From Parcubacteria group bacterium (lineage in GTDB: Bacteria; Patescibacteriota; Minisyncoccia; Phycocordibacterales; UBA2100), in assembly GCA_943358385.1 (NCBI GenBank), contig CALRGX010000003.1:2771-66770 (forward strand): a DNA stretch of 64,000 nt. Direction: 5' to 3'. Below, in pieces: positions 9,948-19,104 of this stretch. A model generated the notes under the pieces. The model searched no databases. It was given only the letters and a program-made list of their open reading frames with translations, and had not been told where the DNA came from. Made by a program: the position numbers and the translations under genes. Within the stretch, counting starts at the first letter, position 1, and each line of letters begins with the position of its first letter.

Positions 9948-9980
9948 GCGCGGGCACCTCTGGTGCCCGCGTTCTGTATT
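9948..9980 (+). terminator. Hairpin terminator candidate
   Basis: gcgcgggcacc-tctg-gtgcccgcg followed by ttctgtatt. Confidence 0.5.
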
Positions 9981-9999
9981 AGTGCGATGGTTCTGTCCT

Positions 10000-10270
10000 T
10001 TTTTCTGTCATTCCTACCACCTACCACCTCGCACCTTCTGCTTCCTCTCTTGTTTTTCTTCTCCCCTAGACGCTATACGCTTTTTCCCTGCGTCTAGTTT
10101 TCCTTATACGCTAACCCCTACTCCCTTGTTTTCTGTTCTTCCTCCCACCTGTAACCTTCCACCTCTTACCTCTGCTTCGTTCCCCCGACGCTGTACGCTT
10201 TTCCCTTGCTTCTAGTTTTCCTCGCACCTGAAACCTGCGACCTCGCACCTTCTCCCTCCTCCCTATATAC
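10000..10270 (-). repeat. Two tandem purine-rich repeat copies in the lysK leader (family members C and F, minus orientation, pyrimidine-rich on the plus strand)
   Basis: Plus strand carries ccacctaccacctcgcaccttc and direct subrepeats gacgctatacgctttttccctgcgtctagttttcct and gacgctgtacgcttttcccttgcttctagttttcct. The reverse complement matches repeat E. Confidence 0.6.
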
Positions 10271-10277
10271 TGCCCAT

Positions 10278-11852
10278 ATGTTCTGGCCCGACAAACACCT
10301 CACCGCTATTTCCGAGCGTTTTGCAAAAGACATTGCCGCTAAGCGGCAACTCGTCATTCGTGACGAAAAGACGGCGAGTGGGCGGGTGCATATTGGGTCC
10401 ATGCGTGGTGTTGCTATCCATGGTCTCGTTTCCGATGTGTTGAAAACGCAGGGGCTCGATGTGGTTTTTCGTTATGAAATCAACGACTTCGATCCAATGG
10501 ACGGTATACCTGCAGAACTGCCTGCTGAAGAATGGGGAAAATATTTGGGTTTGCCACTTAATAAAGTGCCATCACCAGATGGTATCGCCGAAAACTTTGC
10601 CGAGTTTTATGCTGCTGAATTTAAAACGGTCATTGCTGAGGCAGGATTTACACCAGAGTACTATCGCGCGAGCGAGCTCTATCTTTCCGGGCGCATGAAC
10701 GACGTCATCAAAATGGCGATCGAGCGTGCAGAAGATATCCGCCGTATCTACAAAGACATATCGGGCTCTACCAAGGAAGGTGCGTGGCTACCTATTTCGA
10801 TGGTGTGTACGCAGTGCGGCAAAGTGGGCACTACTCAGGCAGATGCATGGGATGGCACCAAGGTGCACTACCGTTGCACCAAGGGTCCCGGTGGGGCAGA
10901 GGGTTGTGGCTTTGAAGGCGAGAACGAGCCATGGGATGGTAAGGCAAAATTACCGTGGAAAGTGGAATGGCCTGCAAAGTGGAAAGTGGTGGGCGTTGAT
11001 ATAGAAGGCGCAGGTAAAGATCACAGCACCAAAGGTGGCGCGCGTGATGTCGCAAACAAAATCGCACAAGAAGTATTCGGCATGACATCGCCCTACGACA
11101 TGCCCTATGAATTTTTCCTCGACAAGGATGGCAAGAAAATGTCGTCATCAAAAGGTCGCGGTGTTTCATCGCGAGAAATTGCCGATAATTTTCCACCCAT
11201 CATTCTGCGCCTGGCCTTGATGGGGAAGGACCCTGTGCAGCAAACCTCAATTGATCCTGAAGGAGAGCTTTTGGCACTTCTCTACGATTGGCACGACAAA
11301 ATTGCAGAAAAGTATTGGAGTGGTGTTGCTGATGACGATGCGCGACTGTTCGAGCTTTTGTATCATGGCAAACCGCCAGAGCGTATGTATCTGCCGCGGT
11401 TTTCAGTGGTGACTTTTGTGTGCCAGATGACCCACCTTGATCCCATTGTGGAATTTGCGGCACTTAAGGAAGCAACACTTACACCCGACGAGGAGCGTGA
11501 ATTAACCGAGCGCATTATTTTTGCTAAGCGCTGGCTCTCGACCTACGCGCCAGATAAATACAAGTACATTTTGCAAAGCACGCTCCCCGACATGGCCGCA
11601 ACTCTAAGTGACATTCAAAAGTTGGCGCTCAAGGAAGTGTTTGCGTTTGTCGAAGGGCGCGAAAGTGTCGACGGTCCGACTTTTCACGCGGCACTACACG
11701 ACATCAAGACGAGACTCAACATCCCCCCAAAAGATTTCTTTGCCGCGCTGTACATCATTTTCCTCGGGCGGGATTCAGGGCCACAGGCAGGCTGGTTCCT
11801 CTCTACGTTAGACCGAGCATTTCTCGTCAAACGCTTGAGCGAGGCGGTGTAG
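10278..11852 (+). CDS. lysK: Lysyl-tRNA synthetase, class I
   Basis: Class I HIGH-like region (HIGSMRG) and a KMSSSKG (KMSKS) motif. Zinc-binding CxxC cluster. About 525 aa. Confidence 0.88.
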   Translation: MFWPDKHLTAISERFAKDIAAKRQLVIRDEKTASGRVHIGSMRGVAIHGLVSDVLKTQGLDVVFRYEINDFDPMDGIPAELPAEEWGKYLGLPLNKVPSPDGIAENFAEFYAAEFKTVIAEAGFTPEYYRASELYLSGRMNDVIKMAIERAEDIRRIYKDISGSTKEGAWLPISMVCTQCGKVGTTQADAWDGTKVHYRCTKGPGGAEGCGFEGENEPWDGKAKLPWKVEWPAKWKVVGVDIEGAGKDHSTKGGARDVANKIAQEVFGMTSPYDMPYEFFLDKDGKKMSSSKGRGVSSREIADNFPPIILRLALMGKDPVQQTSIDPEGELLALLYDWHDKIAEKYWSGVADDDARLFELLYHGKPPERMYLPRFSVVTFVCQMTHLDPIVEFAALKEATLTPDEERELTERIIFAKRWLSTYAPDKYKYILQSTLPDMAATLSDIQKLALKEVFAFVEGRESVDGPTFHAALHDIKTRLNIPPKDFFAALYIIFLGRDSGPQAGWFLSTLDRAFLVKRLSEAV

Positions 11853-11902
11853 GACTTTGTGTGAGTGCTGTGCAGAGTAGCCGGCGTGTCGACAAAAGAG
11901 AA

Positions 11903-11937
11903 CAGCCGACACTCTGTGTCGGCTGTTAATTTTTTTG
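11903..11937. terminator. Bidirectional terminator between convergent genes
   Basis: acagccgacac-tctg-tgtcggctgt followed by taattttttt. Confidence 0.7.
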
Positions 11938-11939
11938 CG

Positions 11940-12338
11940 TCATGAAGAGCGCAAGATGGTGGAGCGAACTCTGTAGGAGAATCCTTCGTGCTCGTCTGTG
12001 TATACCACTTTGATGACCGTGAGGTAGAAAGGTGTCAGGCCAATACCTTTGAGGTGGACCATAACCTTTTTCTCTCCGCCGACATCTGAGTACTCTTTGA
12101 GGATGCCGTCTCGCACCTCGCAGACCACACGACCCACTTCTGCGTTTAGTCGTTTTGCAGCCTTAGTAGGATGCAGACCAACTTTAGCCAAGTGCGGGAT
12201 GGCCTGTTCCACATACGCTGCACTGCTAAAAATTAATTCGCAAAAGCGTTGTCCGCGCATTGCGTCGCTGAACATGGGTGTCTCCTGTGTCCTTTTACTG
12301 CCGAGAGAATAGCATGGTGCGCGTTGTTTTTTATACAT
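11940..12338 (-). CDS. Hypothetical protein with possible helix-hairpin-helix motif
   Basis: ORF with a VHLKGIGLTPF HhH-like segment. Start is uncertain (12338 or 12275). Confidence 0.3.
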   Translation of the reverse strand: MYKKQRAPCYSLGSKRTQETPMFSDAMRGQRFCELIFSSAAYVEQAIPHLAKVGLHPTKAAKRLNAEVGRVVCEVRDGILKEYSDVGGEKKVMVHLKGIGLTPFYLTVIKVVYTDEHEGFSYRVRSTILRSS

Positions 12339-12415
12339 GATGCCCTTGCCGCACAGGGTATAGACATATAGTAAAAGCGTGGTATTATCCATCTCGGTGA
12401 GCAAAAAGCTCCCGT

Positions 12416-12718
12416 GTGACGCTTGAAAGAGGTTATCTTATGTCCATCTATCACCAGTACAAAGAAGTGCGTCGCGCCGCCCATAGCCCTCGCGAAGAGG
12501 GTGAGATGGTCGGCCACGTGGTCGGAAAGACATTGATCGCCACTGTTGCGACCATCGCTCTCGGCGTGGCGGTCGTCATGTTTGTCACAGATTCGAAGCC
12601 GTGGGCAGGGCCGCTCATTATCGGCTGCGCTCTCTTGGGCATCGTCGTTGGCGGCATGTGGGGCATGCGCACGGTTGTGCGCAAGTACACCCGCGTCGGC
12701 GGCACGACCACCGCGTAG
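12416..12718 (+). CDS. Small 2-TM membrane protein, hypothetical
   Basis: Two hydrophobic helices. No recognised domain. Confidence 0.35.
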   Translation: MTLERGYLMSIYHQYKEVRRAAHSPREEGEMVGHVVGKTLIATVATIALGVAVVMFVTDSKPWAGPLIIGCALLGIVVGGMWGMRTVVRKYTRVGGTTTA

Positions 12719-12859
12719 TGCCAATCGGTCGCTCGTAATTCTTGGCCCCACAGCATTCGCTGTGGGGCCTTCATCGTTTGTACATAGACGCCGGGATGTG
12801 CACAGAGGGTACTTCCATGCGCGATATACTGCAGTCATGGATAATAACTGTGCGCGCAT

Positions 12860-13576
12860 ATGATTTCTGGAGCATCACTCTCGGTGGCACTTTTGGCGGG
12901 TCTGGTCTCCTTTCTTTCACCTTGTGTTTTGCCGATTGTGCCGGGGTTTCTCGCATATCTGGCAGGTAGCACTACGCACGGTGTGCCGAGCCGCAGCAAG
13001 ACATTCGTCGCCAGTCTCTTTTTTGTGTCTGGGTTTTCAATCGTATTTGCAGTGATTGGAGTCCTCTTGAATACGATACTTTCCCAGATTGCCTACGATG
13101 CGCAGATATGGCTATCGCGCATCGGCGGCATGGTCATTATTTTTTTCGGTCTGTATCTGACAGGTATTATTCGCGTACGCTTTCTGGACCGGCCGCATAC
13201 GATAAAGGTGCGCACACTGTTTGGTTCGCGCGAGCTTACTGCATTTGCCTTTGGTGCAGCATTTGCGGCAGGGTGGACGCCGTGTGTGGGGGCTGCGCTC
13301 GGCGCGATTCTGGGGCTTGCCGCAAGTGAGCCCGCTGCCGCTTTCGCTCTTTTGATGGCATATGCACTAGGTCTCGGTGTGCCGTTTTTGCTCATCGGAC
13401 TGTTTGCGGGGGAATCAGGGGCATGGCTTTCACGCTGGGGAACAGTCGCGCGTTATGCGACGATCGCATTTGGATTGCTCTTGATAGGAGTTGGCTTGCT
13501 CATTTTCACCCAGCAGCTGGCAGCATTCGGCAACTTCGATTTTCTCACCAAGATGCTGTATATATTGCCTATATGA
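12860..13576 (+). CDS. ccdA: Cytochrome c-type biogenesis/thiol-disulfide transporter CcdA (DsbD family)
   Basis: Conserved Cys in TM1 (FLSPCVLP) and a six-TM DsbD-beta-like core. Confidence 0.85.
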   Translation: MISGASLSVALLAGLVSFLSPCVLPIVPGFLAYLAGSTTHGVPSRSKTFVASLFFVSGFSIVFAVIGVLLNTILSQIAYDAQIWLSRIGGMVIIFFGLYLTGIIRVRFLDRPHTIKVRTLFGSRELTAFAFGAAFAAGWTPCVGAALGAILGLAASEPAAAFALLMAYALGLGVPFLLIGLFAGESGAWLSRWGTVARYATIAFGLLLIGVGLLIFTQQLAAFGNFDFLTKMLYILPI

Positions 13577-14328
13577 ATACGTTTAGAACATTGAACACAC
13601 CGATGCAGGTACTGGCTGCAGTACTGGGTGTTGCACTACTTGGCGTTGTTGTGTTTTATCTCGGCAAGGACTCACCGCAGGATACGCCCCGCAAAGATGC
13701 ACCGACGATAGAAGTGCCGGTGCCTATTGTGCCCAACACACAGAAAGGAGCGCAGTACCCCACGGCAAAAGAATTGGAAGGTATCGCTGGCTACATCAAT
13801 AGCCCGAGTGCTGATGGTGGAGATACGCCCTTCAGAATCGCTGACTGGGTAGGGCGACGAGTGATCCTGCTTCAGTTCTGGAGTGCCAACTGCACGAATT
13901 GCAAACGAGTCCAGCCCTACATGAATGCGTGGCATGACAACTATAAAGAGAAGGGGCTGCTGACGATTGGTGTGCACACCCCCATAACACCAGAAGGAAG
14001 AGTATATGGGGTGGTGTCAGATGCGGTGCGGAATGAGCGTATTACCTACCCTGTCGTGGTGGACTCTGATTTCAAAACATGGGACGCGTATGAAAACGAC
14101 GCGTGGCCGCACCTGTATCTGATCGATACTGATGGATACGTGGTGTACGAGCACGTGGGCGAAGATGCGTACCTGGAAACGGAAATGAAGATACGCGAGC
14201 TTCTGATGGAACACGCTCAAAAACGAGGAAACCCGTTGCCCATATTGAATATGATCCCGAAAGAATCTCCTGCGGGAGAGGTAACGCGCGATCCGAGTGA
14301 TCCGGGCTACATAATGCGTGGTCAATAA
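13573..14328 (+). CDS. TlpA/ResA-like membrane-anchored thioredoxin
   Basis: WSANCTNC CxxC redoxin motif with an N-terminal TM anchor. ATGA start/stop overlap with ccdA. Confidence 0.8.
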   Translation: MNTFRTLNTPMQVLAAVLGVALLGVVVFYLGKDSPQDTPRKDAPTIEVPVPIVPNTQKGAQYPTAKELEGIAGYINSPSADGGDTPFRIADWVGRRVILLQFWSANCTNCKRVQPYMNAWHDNYKEKGLLTIGVHTPITPEGRVYGVVSDAVRNERITYPVVVDSDFKTWDAYENDAWPHLYLIDTDGYVVYEHVGEDAYLETEMKIRELLMEHAQKRGNPLPILNMIPKESPAGEVTRDPSDPGYIMRGQ

Positions 14329-14398
14329 TCCATTCGGCGTTTCGCTTTGTGTCGGGCTGTGATAAAACGGTACACGGCAGGAACAGAGGAGAACAGGC

Positions 14399-15043
14399 AT
14401 GCACAGGGCACTGTATTGCACCGTCGAGGACACCTTGGCAGAAATCGAGTCGAGAAATCGTGATGGTATCGAGCAAGGAAAGGTTTGCAACGTGGCACGG
14501 GCGCATGCGCTCCCGCTTCCTATTGACGGGATGGTCTTGTTACTAACTGCACTCGGCCATGACCGTTTTGAAGTGCTCGATTTGGGATGTGGTGTTGGTC
14601 GAGTGGCTGCCTATCTCATCGACCATGGAAAAGACTACACCGGGCTCGATTTTGCGCGCGGGTACTTGGACGAGGCGCGTGCATCCAACTCCGGTGTGCC
14701 TTTCGTCTGCGCCAGCATGAGTGCAATACCATTCCCTGACGAGAGTTTTGACGGTGTGTTCACTTGCTGCTCACTGCAGTACACACCAAAAATGTATGTA
14801 GGCACGGTATTGGAAAGCGTGCGCACTGTCTTACGCTCTCGCGGAGTCTTCGTGGCGATGCTTCCATACATTGGGGTGTCGTACGAGGAGATAATAGAGC
14901 GCGACGATGGATCCCAGCTGTACCACTCATGGTGGGATACGAGTGAGTTCGAGGAGGCATTGGATGCTACCGGCTTTTTTGTCGCAAACTCATGGGTCGC
15001 AGAACTCGATGGGACCAGCTACTTTCTCGCCATAAAGCGCTAG
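14399..15043 (+). CDS. Class I SAM-dependent methyltransferase
   Basis: Motif I VLDLGCGVGR and the downstream acidic motif. Confidence 0.75.
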   Translation: MHRALYCTVEDTLAEIESRNRDGIEQGKVCNVARAHALPLPIDGMVLLLTALGHDRFEVLDLGCGVGRVAAYLIDHGKDYTGLDFARGYLDEARASNSGVPFVCASMSAIPFPDESFDGVFTCCSLQYTPKMYVGTVLESVRTVLRSRGVFVAMLPYIGVSYEEIIERDDGSQLYHSWWDTSEFEEALDATGFFVANSWVAELDGTSYFLAIKR

Positions 15044-15167
15044 ACGTCAGCGAAGCAAATGGAAAGAAACGACCTCTTAGACCGTGCAGTGAGGCTGTGT
15101 ACAACCTTCCTTGCCCCCCGCTACAGCGGGGGGTATCGTTTATGCATTATCTACTTAATCGTCGTAC

Positions 15168-15198
15168 ATCCACGCACGGTATTGGTTTACCGTGCGTG
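15168..15198. promoter_or_regulatory. Perfect 11-bp inverted repeat upstream of the DoxX gene
   Basis: ccacgcacggta-ttggttt-accgtgcgtgg, 24 nt before the ATG at 15222. Confidence 0.35.
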
Positions 15199-15221
15199 GG
15201 CGTGCAATCAAAAAATACGAC

Positions 15222-15620
15222 ATGAACAGCTTTCTTAATGAGTGGGGTGCGCTTATCGCTCGCGTTTTTCTTTCGGCCCTCTTTATCGTTGGAGGTGCAG
15301 GTATGGCCATGAACTTTGGAGGTACTGCAGGGTTCCTGGGGTCACTTACACCAGTGCCGGGAGTGGTTATGGCGGCACTAGCAATACTCTTCAAGCTTGG
15401 TGGTGGTCTCGCTCTTCTCGTAGGTTGGAAGGCTCGTGAAGCTGCGTGGGCGCTTATTGCCTTCACGCTCGCTACGATTCTCTTGGCGCACATGAACTGG
15501 TCAGATCAGAATCAGATGACCCAGGCACTCAAGAACCTTGCCATCATTGGCGGTCTCTTGATGGTGGTGATTCATGGAGTAGGCAGCAAAGTGTTGGGCA
15601 GCAAATCAGGAGCGATGTAG
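15222..15620 (+). CDS. DoxX family membrane protein
   Basis: About 130-aa four-TM protein with a DoxX-like pattern (LIARVFLSALFIVGG). Confidence 0.7.
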   Translation: MNSFLNEWGALIARVFLSALFIVGGAGMAMNFGGTAGFLGSLTPVPGVVMAALAILFKLGGGLALLVGWKAREAAWALIAFTLATILLAHMNWSDQNQMTQALKNLAIIGGLLMVVIHGVGSKVLGSKSGAM

Positions 15621-15634
15621 TAGTGCTTTTTCAA

Positions 15635-15669
15635 CACAAAGTGCCCGCCTCCGGCGGGCACTTTGTGTT
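15635..15669 (+). terminator. Long perfect hairpin after DoxX
   Basis: acacaaagtgcccgcc-tcc-ggcgggcactttgtgt (16-bp stem). Confidence 0.5.
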
Positions 15670-15680
15670 ATGCTGAATCT

Positions 15681-16145
15681 ATGACAGAAAAGGGACACGT
15701 ATCCAAAGATCAGGCACTGTGGAATGCAGTCGCGACATTTGCGTTCGTCACGCTCGTGATTTTGGGTTTTGGACTCCTCACTCATGGCGGCAGGTTCACC
15801 AAGATTTTGTACTACATCGATTTCTTCGACGTCCTCATTATGGGGTTGGCGACGTTCCGAATCATTCGTCTGATCACCTACGACAAGATATTTTCCTTTG
15901 TGCGTGAGTTCTTTTTGCACGAAGTGGAGGGTGTATATGTAAAGCGTGATGGTGGCTTCAAGCGACTGGTATCAGAATTAATAGAATGTATGTGGTGCAC
16001 CGGCTTGTGGGCAGGGCTTTTCGTTTTCGTCGCGTATCTGGCGAATCCAGTGGGCACATTCCTCGTATATATCTTGGCCATCGCGGCCTTGGGGTCTTTC
16101 TTTCAAAATGTTTCAAAGGCGGTCGCTAGCACTTTTGAGAAATAG
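15681..16145 (+). CDS. DUF1360-like membrane protein
   Basis: RLITYDKI and CMWCTGLW motifs reminiscent of DUF1360. Confidence 0.45.
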   Translation: MTEKGHVSKDQALWNAVATFAFVTLVILGFGLLTHGGRFTKILYYIDFFDVLIMGLATFRIIRLITYDKIFSFVREFFLHEVEGVYVKRDGGFKRLVSELIECMWCTGLWAGLFVFVAYLANPVGTFLVYILAIAALGSFFQNVSKAVASTFEK

Positions 16146-16150
16146 AGCAT

Positions 16151-17536
16151 ATGGCGCGATACCAGCGCGCGCTGTTCTTATTTCGGCGTGATTTTAGATT
16201 GGAAGACAACACAGCACTGAATGCGGCTTTTAAGGATGCGGAAGAGGTGGTGTGTGCTTTTATCTTGGACGAGCGGCAAGTGAGTAAGCAAAATCCATAC
16301 GCGGGCGAGCACCTGCTGCAATTTATGGCAGAGAGTTTGATGGAAGTCGACGCTGAGCTGCAATTAAAAAAAGGGCGCCTGCACGTGTGGAACGGCATTG
16401 CAGAAGCAATTATTCCACGTCTCGCGCGCGAGGCCTCATGCCAGGCGGTGTATGTTAATCGTGACTACACGCCGTTTGCGCAGATGCGCGACGAAGCGAT
16501 TATGCAGGCATGTACTGCAGTCGGAGTAGTAATGCATACGTATGATGATGCTCTTTTGGTTGCCCCTGGAAAAGTACTTACGCAGAAAATAGAGCCATAC
16601 AGCGTCTTCACCCCTTTTTATCGCGCAGCAAGAACGGGGATGGTGCCGCACCCTGAAACGGCAGAGGGTAAGTACGCTGCGCTGCCAAGCGGTGCCGATG
16701 GTGGCGAGGCGCTCCTTGCACCATTCTTGCGCAACAAAATACTAGCTGCTCGCGGAGGGCGCGCAGCAGTACGCGCCGTACTCGATGATGTTGGACGACA
16801 TACACACTACAGCTATGAGCGTGACATGGTGGCGCACGCGGGTACCACGCTACTCTCGCCATACTTAAAGCACGGGTGCGTTTCAGTGCGTGAAGCGTAT
16901 TGGGCAATGAGAGAGCAGCTGCCGCACACGTATGAGCCGCTCACGCGGCAATTGTACTGGCGTGATTTTTTCACACACCTCGTGTTTTTCCATCCTGAAG
17001 TGCTGGGGAAAGCATTCAAGCCACAGTACGACCGCGTGCGATGGGACGAGCCAGGAGAAAATTTTGAACGCTGGAAGAAGGGCGAGACGGGTTTTCCAAT
17101 TGTGGATGCAGGCATGCGCCAGTTGAATGAAAGTGGGTGGATGCACAATCGCGCGCGCATGATTACTGCCAGTTTCCTTGTAAAAGATCTACACATAGAT
17201 TGGCGTGAAGGCGAGCGCTATTTTGCCACCAAACTCATCGACTACGACCCGGCAGTGAACAACGGTTCGTGGCAATGGGTAGCCGGAACAGGTGCAGATG
17301 CGGCGCCATACTTCCGCATTTTCAACCCCTGGTTGCAGCAGAAAAAATTTGATCCTGATGCTCTCTATATAAAGCGGTGGGTACCTGAGCTTGAGAGTGT
17401 GCCCATTAGTGATATTCACACATGGGACAAAAAGGCAGGCGGCCTCTTCGAGGCCGCCCTGTACCCTGCGCCCATGCTTGATCATCGCGAAGAAGCAGAA
17501 GAGGCTAAGCGCCGATTTGGTAAAGCGTTGAAGTAG
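16151..17536 (+). CDS. phr: Deoxyribodipyrimidine photolyase / cryptochrome family
   Basis: N-terminal photolyase alpha/beta domain and a C-terminal FAD-binding domain (WREGERYF...WQWVAGTGADAAPYFRIFNP). Confidence 0.9.
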   Translation: MARYQRALFLFRRDFRLEDNTALNAAFKDAEEVVCAFILDERQVSKQNPYAGEHLLQFMAESLMEVDAELQLKKGRLHVWNGIAEAIIPRLAREASCQAVYVNRDYTPFAQMRDEAIMQACTAVGVVMHTYDDALLVAPGKVLTQKIEPYSVFTPFYRAARTGMVPHPETAEGKYAALPSGADGGEALLAPFLRNKILAARGGRAAVRAVLDDVGRHTHYSYERDMVAHAGTTLLSPYLKHGCVSVREAYWAMREQLPHTYEPLTRQLYWRDFFTHLVFFHPEVLGKAFKPQYDRVRWDEPGENFERWKKGETGFPIVDAGMRQLNESGWMHNRARMITASFLVKDLHIDWREGERYFATKLIDYDPAVNNGSWQWVAGTGADAAPYFRIFNPWLQQKKFDPDALYIKRWVPELESVPISDIHTWDKKAGGLFEAALYPAPMLDHREEAEEAKRRFGKALK

Positions 17537-17603
17537 CGCACGGAATACGATAGGGTGCAGACAGAGACGGTATTGGCCGTTGGACGTTGAGGAGGAAAGA
17601 GAG

Positions 17604-18644
17604 ATGCTCGATAAACTTTTGGCAGATGCTGAGGCGCTGAGGACTGAGGTGCAGACCGATGCAGCCACGAGCCAGCAAAAACTGGCTGCTGCGTGTGCGG
17701 CTGTCCGTGCAGCAATCACAGGTGGAGAGACCACCGGCAGTCCTATCAAGGATGTGCTGTGTATGCGCGTGAGCCGTCTTGATTCCACGATGCTGGCGCA
17801 GTACGAAGCAATCGATGCGGCACTCAAAGGGAAAGTAGGGCAGTTAGTGTTGGTGGCGTTTGATGAAAGCGTGCGCACGAAGCATACGTTTACCGGCCAC
17901 GGGAACGAATACACGGTGATGCGTAAAGGTATACTGGGCGTACTTGCACGAGATGCGTTGCAGAGAAGTACGGACCTCACCAAGCACACACTATCGATCC
18001 CTACGAGCATGTTCGCCAGCCTAGGAGAGTACTCACTCACCGTGCAGCAAGGAGCGATTAGTGAAGGCTCATACTCGTTCAACTGGGGAACGTTTGTTGC
18101 AGACCCTAACGAGATGCCGTACTACCGCATGCATGAAGGGTCATGCGTGCCAAACGTTCAGGTGATCGCAGGGAATGCAGAAGTACTGGCGTACGTTGAG
18201 AAGCGCGCCTTTTCTTTGGGCTGCCTCAGCATCGACGTGGTGTTGCGTGCCAGTCTGCTCTTTCACATGAATATACCGCTCACTGATCGAATCATCGCTG
18301 CATATGAAAGCACGGTCGCCTTGGATTGCGCGCGGCTCACCGGTTTGCGTAGGGAAGCAGAATACGTCAGTGCGACCTTGGCTGACTTGCGCCGTGCTCG
18401 GCTGGAAAAGCAGCCGTTTATGCTGCTGGATCGGCAGACGATGCTCAACGCTCTAGATGCTGAAAAGTTTCAGCGCACTGAAAAGGAGCTCGTACGCCGC
18501 CTCGGCGAAATTCACACTGAAGTGGTGCGTGTGTTTGGTAACGGTGGCACGAGTAACGTTGGGTTGCTGCTCCCTTACTTCCATAGCCACCCCATCATTC
18601 CGTGGGCGCGCGGGTACATGTTGGAAAGTGAAATGAATAAGTAA
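17604..18644 (+). CDS. Hypothetical cytoplasmic protein (346 aa), no recognised domain
   Basis: GAGGAGG RBS. Clean ORF with its own terminator at 18651-18690. Confidence 0.55.
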   Translation: MLDKLLADAEALRTEVQTDAATSQQKLAAACAAVRAAITGGETTGSPIKDVLCMRVSRLDSTMLAQYEAIDAALKGKVGQLVLVAFDESVRTKHTFTGHGNEYTVMRKGILGVLARDALQRSTDLTKHTLSIPTSMFASLGEYSLTVQQGAISEGSYSFNWGTFVADPNEMPYYRMHEGSCVPNVQVIAGNAEVLAYVEKRAFSLGCLSIDVVLRASLLFHMNIPLTDRIIAAYESTVALDCARLTGLRREAEYVSATLADLRRARLEKQPFMLLDRQTMLNALDAEKFQRTEKELVRRLGEIHTEVVRVFGNGGTSNVGLLLPYFHSHPIIPWARGYMLESEMNK

Positions 18645-18650
18645 GAAAAC

Positions 18651-18690
18651 AGAGGCGGCCACGCAGTGGCCGCCTCTACCTGTTTTAATT
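18651..18690 (+). terminator. Rho-independent terminator
   Basis: agaggcggccac-gca-gtggccgcctct followed by acctgtttta. Confidence 0.65.
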
Positions 18691-18746
18691 GTGGAATGCT
18701 ACCCTGTGTGCGCGTCGTACGTGGCGCACCTATCTGCTGCATTGGG

Positions 18747-18819
18747 TCGGGGTATCGTATAGTGGTAGTACGCAAGGCTGGGGGTCTTGTAGCCCGAGTT
18801 CGATTCTCGGTACCCCGAC
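18747..18819 (+). tRNA. tRNA-Pro (anticodon GGG)
   Basis: Manual cloverleaf fold. Acceptor CGGGGTA/TACCCCG with C1:G72 and A73 typical of tRNA-Pro. D-arm with AGTGGTA loop. Anticodon loop CTGGGGG. T-arm CCGAG-TTCGATT-CTCGG. Confidence 0.85.
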
Positions 18820-18909
18820 CGAGTGCAGCGAGGGCGGGTACAGTAACCTGCCTGCGCAGGTTACGTCGAGAATCGAAGCGCCGCAGGATATGTTTGCGAG
18901 CACCACGAG
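18809..18909 (+). repeat. 101-bp direct repeat copy 1, starting inside the tRNA-Pro 3' end
   Basis: Identical to 18996-19096. Contains a gtaacctgc-ctgc-gcaggttac hairpin. Confidence 0.85.
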
Positions 18910-18995
18910 CAAACATCCGAGGCGCCGTCCGAGAACGCGAGGTCTTTTGTGAGGCCATGGGCCGAAGCAAAAGCCCGCGATTCTGGGACGATGAA

Positions 18996-19096
18996 GGTAC
19001 CCCGACCGAGTGCAGCGAGGGCGGGTACAGTAACCTGCCTGCGCAGGTTACGTCGAGAATCGAAGCGCCGCAGGATATGTTTGCGAGCACCACGAG
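18996..19096 (+). repeat. 101-bp direct repeat copy 2
   Basis: Perfect copy of 18809-18909, including the last 12 nt of tRNA-Pro (ggtaccccgacc). Confidence 0.85.
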
Positions 19097-19104
19097 CGCG
19101 CATT

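Noticed and set aside
9670-9960. Possible SRP RNA or tmRNA in the greA-lysK gap
   Set aside because: No GGAAGCAGCC-type domain IV motif, no tRNA-like 3' end, and no tag-peptide frame ending in ALAA-stop.
12233-12859. 208-aa minus-strand ORF
   Set aside because: It spans the divergent promoter region and overlaps two oppositely oriented genes. Arg/Ala-rich shadow frame.
17189-18082. 297-aa minus-strand ORF overlapping the 3' end of the photolyase gene and the 5' half of the 346-aa hypothetical
   Set aside because: It lies fully antisense to two well-supported plus-strand genes. It is Ala/Ser/Arg-rich, as expected from the antisense frame of GC-rich coding DNA. It has no start context or homology.
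18747-19100. tmRNA interpretation of the tRNA-Pro plus repeat region
   Set aside because: The tRNA folds as a complete canonical tRNA-Pro with an anticodon arm. There is no tag reading frame or pseudoknot pattern.
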